A stretch of DNA of 64,000 nt, taken from NCBI GenBank assembly GCA_028699085.1, contig JAQVVF010000002.1, positions 132,557 to 196,556 of the forward strand. The letters are read 5' to 3'. The stretch's first letter is position 1; each line of letters begins with the position of its first letter. A program made the translations under genes and the position numbers. The stretch is from Patescibacteria group bacterium. Lineage in GTDB: Bacteria > Patescibacteriota > JABMPQ01 > JAQVVF01. Positions 59,151-64,000 of the stretch are shown piece by piece. Under the pieces are notes generated by a model. The model saw only the letters and a program-made list of their open reading frames with translations, had not been told where the DNA came from and did no database searches.

Positions 59151-59879
59151 TTAATGTTGATGTATCGCCACGTCTTCTCCATATAATCTCTTTACCATCT
59201 CCGCATCCAAAATAGTTTTCGGATCTCCATAACAAACCAATTTTCTATCCAAACAAATTACGCGATGCGCGTATTTTGCAACTACGTCTAATTCATGCGA
59301 GATCATGACTATTGTTATTTTATACTTTTCATTCAAATAATCTAACAAATCATAAAAACTTTTTTCACCGCCAATATCAATACCAGAAGCTGGCTCATCT
59401 AAAAATAAAATTTGTGGATCATTCAAAATTGCTCGAGCAATCAACACTCTTTGCAATTGTCCACCAGATAAATGACCTAATAATTTCTTCTTTTTATCAA
59501 CCATATCAACTTCTTTCAATTTTTCATCAATTTTGGAAACTGGAGTTCCCTTTCTTAAAGAAAATTTCAAAAATTCATCAATTGTAATTGGAAAAGTTTT
59601 ATCAAAAATAAATCTCTGTGGCACATAGCCAAGAGTTTTTTTCTGATCCCAAATACTTTTGCCAAAAATTTCTATTTTTCCAATTGAAGGATTAGCCAAA
59701 CCAAGCATTGATCTTAGCAAAGTTGTTTTTCCACTACCGTTAGGTCCAATTATTGACACAAAACAACCTTTGCTAATCTCTAAATTAATTCCGGAAAGTG
59801 CAACAAAAGAATCATACCTTACAGTAAGATCAGAAACCTTAATTGCAATAATTTCGCTATGCGGACAAGTTCTTGTCAT
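59151..59879 (-). CDS. znuC: metal ABC transporter ATP-binding protein
   Basis: GPNGSGKTTLL, LSGGQLQRVLIARAI, LFLDEPASGID. Confidence 0.85.
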   Translation of the reverse strand: MTRTCPHSEIIAIKVSDLTVRYDSFVALSGINLEISKGCFVSIIGPNGSGKTTLLRSMLGLANPSIGKIEIFGKSIWDQKKTLGYVPQRFIFDKTFPITIDEFLKFSLRKGTPVSKIDEKLKEVDMVDKKKKLLGHLSGGQLQRVLIARAILNDPQILFLDEPASGIDIGGEKSFYDLLDYLNEKYKITIVMISHELDVVAKYAHRVICLDRKLVCYGDPKTILDAEMVKRLYGEDVAIHQH

Positions 59880-59881
59880 TT

Positions 59882-60292
59882 TTATTTTTTACAATTTTCA
59901 CACCAACTCTCTTCCCAAGCATATGGAAGCAAATCTTTAAGTTTTAAAACTTTTTCATTCTTAACTATGATTTCAGTTTCTATATTATCTTTATGAACTT
60001 GATGAATCAATTCTCTGCATCGTCCGCAAGGATACATGATAGTATCATGACCATAAGCCACCAGTTTTTTGATTCTATATTCTCCATTTGTAATCATATT
60101 AGCGATTGCTGCTGATTCAGCACAAAAACCCAATCCACAAACAAGATCAATGCAAACTCCAACATAAACGTTACCTTTATCAGTAACTAAGGCACATCCA
60201 ACATCTCCAGCAATCATATCGTTAGCAACTTTTTTTGTGTTTATAACTGATTTTGCTTTTTCAATCAATTCTTTATTAGAAATTTCTTGCAT
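59882..60292 (-). CDS. cdd: cytidine deaminase (zinc-dependent CDA fold)
   Basis: CAESAAI (C/H-A-E) and PCGRCRE (PCxxC) zinc-binding motifs; 136 aa. Confidence 0.85.
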   Translation of the reverse strand: MQEISNKELIEKAKSVINTKKVANDMIAGDVGCALVTDKGNVYVGVCIDLVCGLGFCAESAAIANMITNGEYRIKKLVAYGHDTIMYPCGRCRELIHQVHKDNIETEIIVKNEKVLKLKDLLPYAWEESWCENCKK

Positions 60293-60324
60293 AAGATATT
60301 TTTTACTTTATAACTTTAAAAACT

Positions 60325-61212
60325 TTATGAACTCAACGCTTCTCTCATTATTTTAGCATTTCCTTCCATATTTTCAATATAACTATTTCCATAATAATTT
60401 CCTTCTGCATCAAGAATATATAATTGCAAACCAACATCATTCACAAAAGGCTTGATTGTTTCATTCGAAAATTCTGGCTCTGAAAAAATTGCTTTAACAT
60501 TTTCTTTCTTTACGGTATTGCTTAAATCCTGCAAATATTTCGGAGTTGGTTCGGATCCTGGAAATGGCTCAAATGTTGCCACAATATCTAAATCAAATTC
60601 ATCAGCAAAATATTCCCATGCATCATGGAAAGTCACTAATTTCCTAAAATTTATGTTTTTAAGATCACTATCGATATTTTTTTTTGCTTCATCAAGCTTT
60701 GCTAGATATTGATCCAAATTATCTTTATAATATTGAGAATTTACTGGATCAATTTTTTCTAATTCTTGCTCTATTGTTTTAGAAATTTCTTTAGCATTAT
60801 CAATTGATAACCAATAGTGAGGATCCTTGTTTCCATATTCAGGCAATCCTTCATCACCTTCAGCTGTTCTCAAATCAATGTTTTTATCAACAGTTACAAC
60901 ATTCACATTACCAACTGTTTTTTTAACAGAACTTGCCCAATTATCAATTCCGTAGCCTATCATAAAAATATCAGAAACATTTTGTAATTCTTTAGTTTTA
61001 GCAGTCGTTAATTCAAAAGTATGTGGACTAGCTCCAACTGATAGAATTTGGATAACGTCAATTTTGTCTCCAGCAATATTTTTTGTAATATCAAAAAGCG
61101 GAAAAATTGTTACTGCCACTCTTAGTTTTCCATTGCTTTCTTTTTTACATCCAGCACCAATCAAAACAAAAAAACAAATTAAAAGAATACAGACTAGATA
61201 TACTTTTTTCAT
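60325..61212 (-). CDS. znuA: metal ABC transporter substrate-binding lipoprotein (ZnuA/TroA family)
   Basis: Lipobox LIGAGC; cluster 9 SBP pattern; first gene of the cluster on the minus strand. Confidence 0.8.
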   Translation of the reverse strand: MKKVYLVCILLICFFVLIGAGCKKESNGKLRVAVTIFPLFDITKNIAGDKIDVIQILSVGASPHTFELTTAKTKELQNVSDIFMIGYGIDNWASSVKKTVGNVNVVTVDKNIDLRTAEGDEGLPEYGNKDPHYWLSIDNAKEISKTIEQELEKIDPVNSQYYKDNLDQYLAKLDEAKKNIDSDLKNINFRKLVTFHDAWEYFADEFDLDIVATFEPFPGSEPTPKYLQDLSNTVKKENVKAIFSEPEFSNETIKPFVNDVGLQLYILDAEGNYYGNSYIENMEGNAKIMREALSS

Positions 61213-61355
61213 ACTTTTTTAGAAATTATCATATAAATTATAACATAAAATTACTACAAAGGACTTATCAACATAAATTTAGGAATAAATAAAGAAGCAT
61301 GCTATACTAAAAAATAATATATTAAATTAATATATTTAATAAATAAGAAAAAACT

Positions 61356-62519
61356 ATGAAAAAAATGCTTGTCATGGGCATGTTCGTCATTGGAGCGACT
61401 TTTTTATTTCTTGCGCCACCCCCAAACGCTTATGCCTTTGATATTACAACGGATAGCATTACTTCAAATGATAGCTCAAATCCAGGAACAGTCGTTGATA
61501 CCCCAACATACACCCAAACAGGCGTAACTGCTGATTCATTAAGTGTTACTTATAACCAGCCAGGTGCTACTTATACTGGCGTTTTTACATTATCTGGCAC
61601 TACAGACGATCTAACAAATGCACCAGTTTTAGTTATCAGCGGAGGAAAAATTCAAAGCTATGCTTGGGATTCCACAACTCACAAAGCAACAGTAGTTTGG
61701 ATTGGCGATGAATATGAAGTAACAACTCAACGCCAAAAAGTTACAGCTTCAGCAATTGTTTTTGTCAGACCAGCTTTAACTAATCCGACCAAAACAAATT
61801 TCAAATCAGTTGAACCACCTACTGCAATGGCTGGCGGATATATTTCAACAGGCATCAAAAATTGGACTATCAACACACCAAGTGCAGTTGGAAATTTTGG
61901 ATTTGGTTTATCAATGACCGGGATCTCTGGAAGCAAAAGCTATTTCAAAATGTATGTTCCAAAAAACATGCTAAGCCTTTTCACCTCAATGGGAAAATTG
62001 ACTGTTTTAAGAAAACATTTAGCAATCTTTATGAATGATTATCAATCATTCATAAAAAAGACTAAAACAGCTGATGGCGGAGCAATTTTCAACTTAGAAA
62101 CAACTTTCTCGGCTGGAAATACAGAAGCAACAGCTCTAACTACCACTTTAGCAAAAGTTACAAAATCAGCACCAGTAATTTCCAAGCCACAAAAAAATAT
62201 TTCTACAGTCACAAAAACAATCACAGTCCAAAAAAAGAAAAAGTTAAGCACTGCTTTCAAAAAAGGAAATTTAAATCTTGGTCAGACTGCAAAAATATAT
62301 GGCTGGTTAAGAAGCATGGAAAAAGGCAAAACAATCAAAATCTATTATAAGAAAAAAGGAACAACGACATATAAATATCTAACAGCAGTAAAGACAGTAA
62401 ATCTAAAAGGCTATTATTCATATGAATTCACCACAACAAAAACTGGAACTTACAATTACAAGGTTAAAAATGCAAAAGGCACGATCATCAGCAAAAAAGC
62501 AGTTCTGATTACACAATAG
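61356..62519 (+). CDS. hypothetical secreted Thr-rich protein with Lys-rich C-terminal region
   Basis: Signal peptide MKKMLVMGMFVIGATFLFLAPPPNAYA; Thr/Ser-rich beta-rich body; last ~100 aa Lys-rich. Confidence 0.5.
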   Translation: MKKMLVMGMFVIGATFLFLAPPPNAYAFDITTDSITSNDSSNPGTVVDTPTYTQTGVTADSLSVTYNQPGATYTGVFTLSGTTDDLTNAPVLVISGGKIQSYAWDSTTHKATVVWIGDEYEVTTQRQKVTASAIVFVRPALTNPTKTNFKSVEPPTAMAGGYISTGIKNWTINTPSAVGNFGFGLSMTGISGSKSYFKMYVPKNMLSLFTSMGKLTVLRKHLAIFMNDYQSFIKKTKTADGGAIFNLETTFSAGNTEATALTTTLAKVTKSAPVISKPQKNISTVTKTITVQKKKKLSTAFKKGNLNLGQTAKIYGWLRSMEKGKTIKIYYKKKGTTTYKYLTAVKTVNLKGYYSYEFTTTKTGTYNYKVKNAKGTIISKKAVLITQ

Positions 62520-62530
62520 ACTGATCAATA

Positions 62531-62562
62531 AATCACCTCTTTAAAACAGAGGTGATTTTTTA
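62531..62562. terminator. bidirectional rho-independent terminator
   Basis: AATCACCTCTttaaaacAGAGGTGATT followed by TTTTT. Confidence 0.65.
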
Positions 62563-63507
62563 TTTCATCAGAAAATTAAACAAATATCCAATTATAATTA
62601 TTCCTAAAGCAACAATTCCAAAGAAAATCAACAATAATTTCATTTTTAATACTCTCTTAATAATCAAGGCTTCTGGTAAAGAAAGTCCTGCTACAGACAT
62701 CATAAAAGCCAAAGCTGTCCCTAAAGGAACGCCATTCAATGTTACTGCATAGATAATCGGCACAACTGTTGAACACCCAGCATAAATCGGAACACCAATC
62801 AAAACTGCAATTGGCACTGCAAAAAATCCTAATCCATTCAACATTTTTTCAAAAAAATCAGCCGGAACATAACCGTGAATTGTTGCGCCTGCAACCATAC
62901 CTAAAACAACATACCAAAACATTTTTTTAAAAGTTTTCAATCCTTCTTTCCAAGAATATTCCAATTTTCCTTTCATCGTCTTTGGAAGATACTCTTCTTC
63001 CCTCTTGCCATTATTATTATTAATAATTATTTGATCATCTAGCTTTAATTTTCCTAATATTAAACCAGCAACAACACCCAGCAACATTCCAGTTACTACA
63101 TAAATAATCGCAATTTTCCATCCAAACGTTCCACCCATCAAAACAAAAACAACCTCATTCACTAATGGCGATGTAATTAAAAAAGAAAAAGCTACACCAG
63201 TTGGAATCCCTGCTTTCAAAAAACCAATAAAAAGTGGTATTGATGAACAAGAGCAAAAAGGAGTTACAGCGCCAAACATTGATGCCACTAAATTTGCAAT
63301 TCCAAATTTTCCTTTCGATAATGTAGTTCTTATTTTTCTTTCAGAAAAATATGTTTTTATAAAAGAGATAACAAAAACCACAACGATAATTAAAAACAAA
63401 ATCTTAATAGTGTCATAAATAAAAAAATTTAGACTTTCGGAAAGCTTGCTTCCCTCTTCCAAGCGTAGAATATTATTTGTAATTAAGTCCGCTAAATACT
63501 TAAACAT
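62560..63507 (-). CDS. ArsP/DUF318-family permease (TPFCSCS motif)
   Basis: Multi-TM protein with VTPFCSCSSIPLF (ArsP-type paired-Cys motif) and a second AGCS site. Confidence 0.6.
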   Translation of the reverse strand: MFKYLADLITNNILRLEEGSKLSESLNFFIYDTIKILFLIIVVVFVISFIKTYFSERKIRTTLSKGKFGIANLVASMFGAVTPFCSCSSIPLFIGFLKAGIPTGVAFSFLITSPLVNEVVFVLMGGTFGWKIAIIYVVTGMLLGVVAGLILGKLKLDDQIIINNNNGKREEEYLPKTMKGKLEYSWKEGLKTFKKMFWYVVLGMVAGATIHGYVPADFFEKMLNGLGFFAVPIAVLIGVPIYAGCSTVVPIIYAVTLNGVPLGTALAFMMSVAGLSLPEALIIKRVLKMKLLLIFFGIVALGIIIIGYLFNFLMK

Positions 63508-63518
63508 TTATTTTAAAA

Positions 63519-63704
63519 TTATTTTTTTTGACAAGAACAAGAACATCCACAATCATCACTCTTAAACAGATTTTTTAATGAAAACTTCTCTTTTGTATTT
63601 TCAGATCCGCATTTTGAGCACTTAAATTTCTTTGTTTCTTTATCTTTAATGCTTGCCTTAACTTCAAATATATTTCCACAAGAATTACATTTATAATTTG
63701 CCAT
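63519..63704 (-). CDS. small Cys-rich zinc-ribbon protein (FmdB-like N-terminus, CGCSCSC tail)
   Basis: YKCNSCGNIFE...CSKCGS (two CxxC) plus C-terminal DDCGCSCSCQKK; lies between arsR-like and ArsP-like genes. Confidence 0.5.
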   Translation of the reverse strand: MANYKCNSCGNIFEVKASIKDKETKKFKCSKCGSENTKEKFSLKNLFKSDDCGCSCSCQKK

Positions 63705-63713
63705 AATATTATT

Positions 63714-64000
63714 TTATTTATTTAATGATTCTAATAATTTATTCAGATCATCAATTGTTTTTTTATTTAATTTATAATAAACATTTTTTCCTATTTTTCT
63801 AAAAGTTACTAAGCCATTATCGCTCAATACTTTCAAATGATGTGAAACTAGATTTTGCGCTAAATTCAATTTTTCATAAATTTTACAAACGCAAAGTTCT
63901 TTATTGCTCAACAATTGCAAAATCTTCAATCTATTCTGATCACTAATTGCAAAAAGACGCCCATGACAACATGAACAATTTTTCTTCTTATTTTCACAAT
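63714..64000 (-). CDS. arsR: ArsR/SmtB-family metalloregulator (CDS continues beyond the window end)
   Basis: ELCVCKI metal-binding CVC in the HTH helix. The reading frame continues upstream without a stop to the window edge (...CENKKKNCSCCHGRLFAISDQNRLKILQLLSNKELCVC...), so the track's 71-aa TTG-start ORF is a truncation. Confidence 0.7.
   Translation of the reverse strand, partial: CENKKKNCSCCHGRLFAISDQNRLKILQLLSNKELCVCKIYEKLNLAQNLVSHHLKVLSDNGLVTFRKIGKNVYYKLNKKTIDDLNKLLESLNK

Overview
The window is AT-rich (roughly 30% GC by eye), gene-dense and mostly minus-strand bacterial DNA. Its content resembles a reduced-genome Candidate Phyla Radiation (Patescibacteria)-like organism; this placement is an inference. 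Translation genes present: leuS, metG, glyS, ileS, argS, infC-rpmI-rplT and smpB-ssrA. No central biosynthesis genes appear in this 64 kb. Standard genetic code: a TGA stop is used, and most long ORFs and all four rho-independent terminators match the supplied track. Most notable items: (i) a textbook T-box riboswitch (GGTGGTACCGCG antiterminator bulge plus terminator) lies upstream of a free-standing histidine-phosphatase (PGAM-family) gene and ileS; the IleRS itself carries a ~200-aa PGAM-like domain inserted exactly at its CExCG / DLHRPxID zinc knuckle, and its HIGH and KMSKS motifs read non-canonically (GVHH, PMHKS); (ii) an unannotated one-piece tmRNA (ssrA, 34625-35025) with a G3:U70 acceptor stem, flanked by an exact 19-nt direct repeat; (iii) infC with a non-AUG (AUU/AUA) start, not in the ORF track; (iv) a ~15 kb secreted/surface-protein island holding two S8 subtilases (one with FG-GAP/TIG domains), a 1273-aa repeat protein, a Cys-rich M23 peptidase, a sortase followed by three tandem paralogous small secreted proteins, and a clan GH-A glycoside hydrolase, many with Lys-rich C-terminal tails; (v) two paralogous membrane-anchored zinc-ribbon mini-proteins flanking an FAD oxidoreductase, one absent from the track; (vi) a znuA-cdd-znuC-znuB cluster extended by a 635-aa unknown protein and an ABC-F ATPase; (vii) a partial ars-like operon (arsR, Cys-rich zinc-ribbon protein, ArsP-like permease) at the window end. 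Several long-range inverted repeats and repeated AT-rich motifs are recorded. No CRISPR array, integrase, transposase or rRNA/tRNA gene was recognised.
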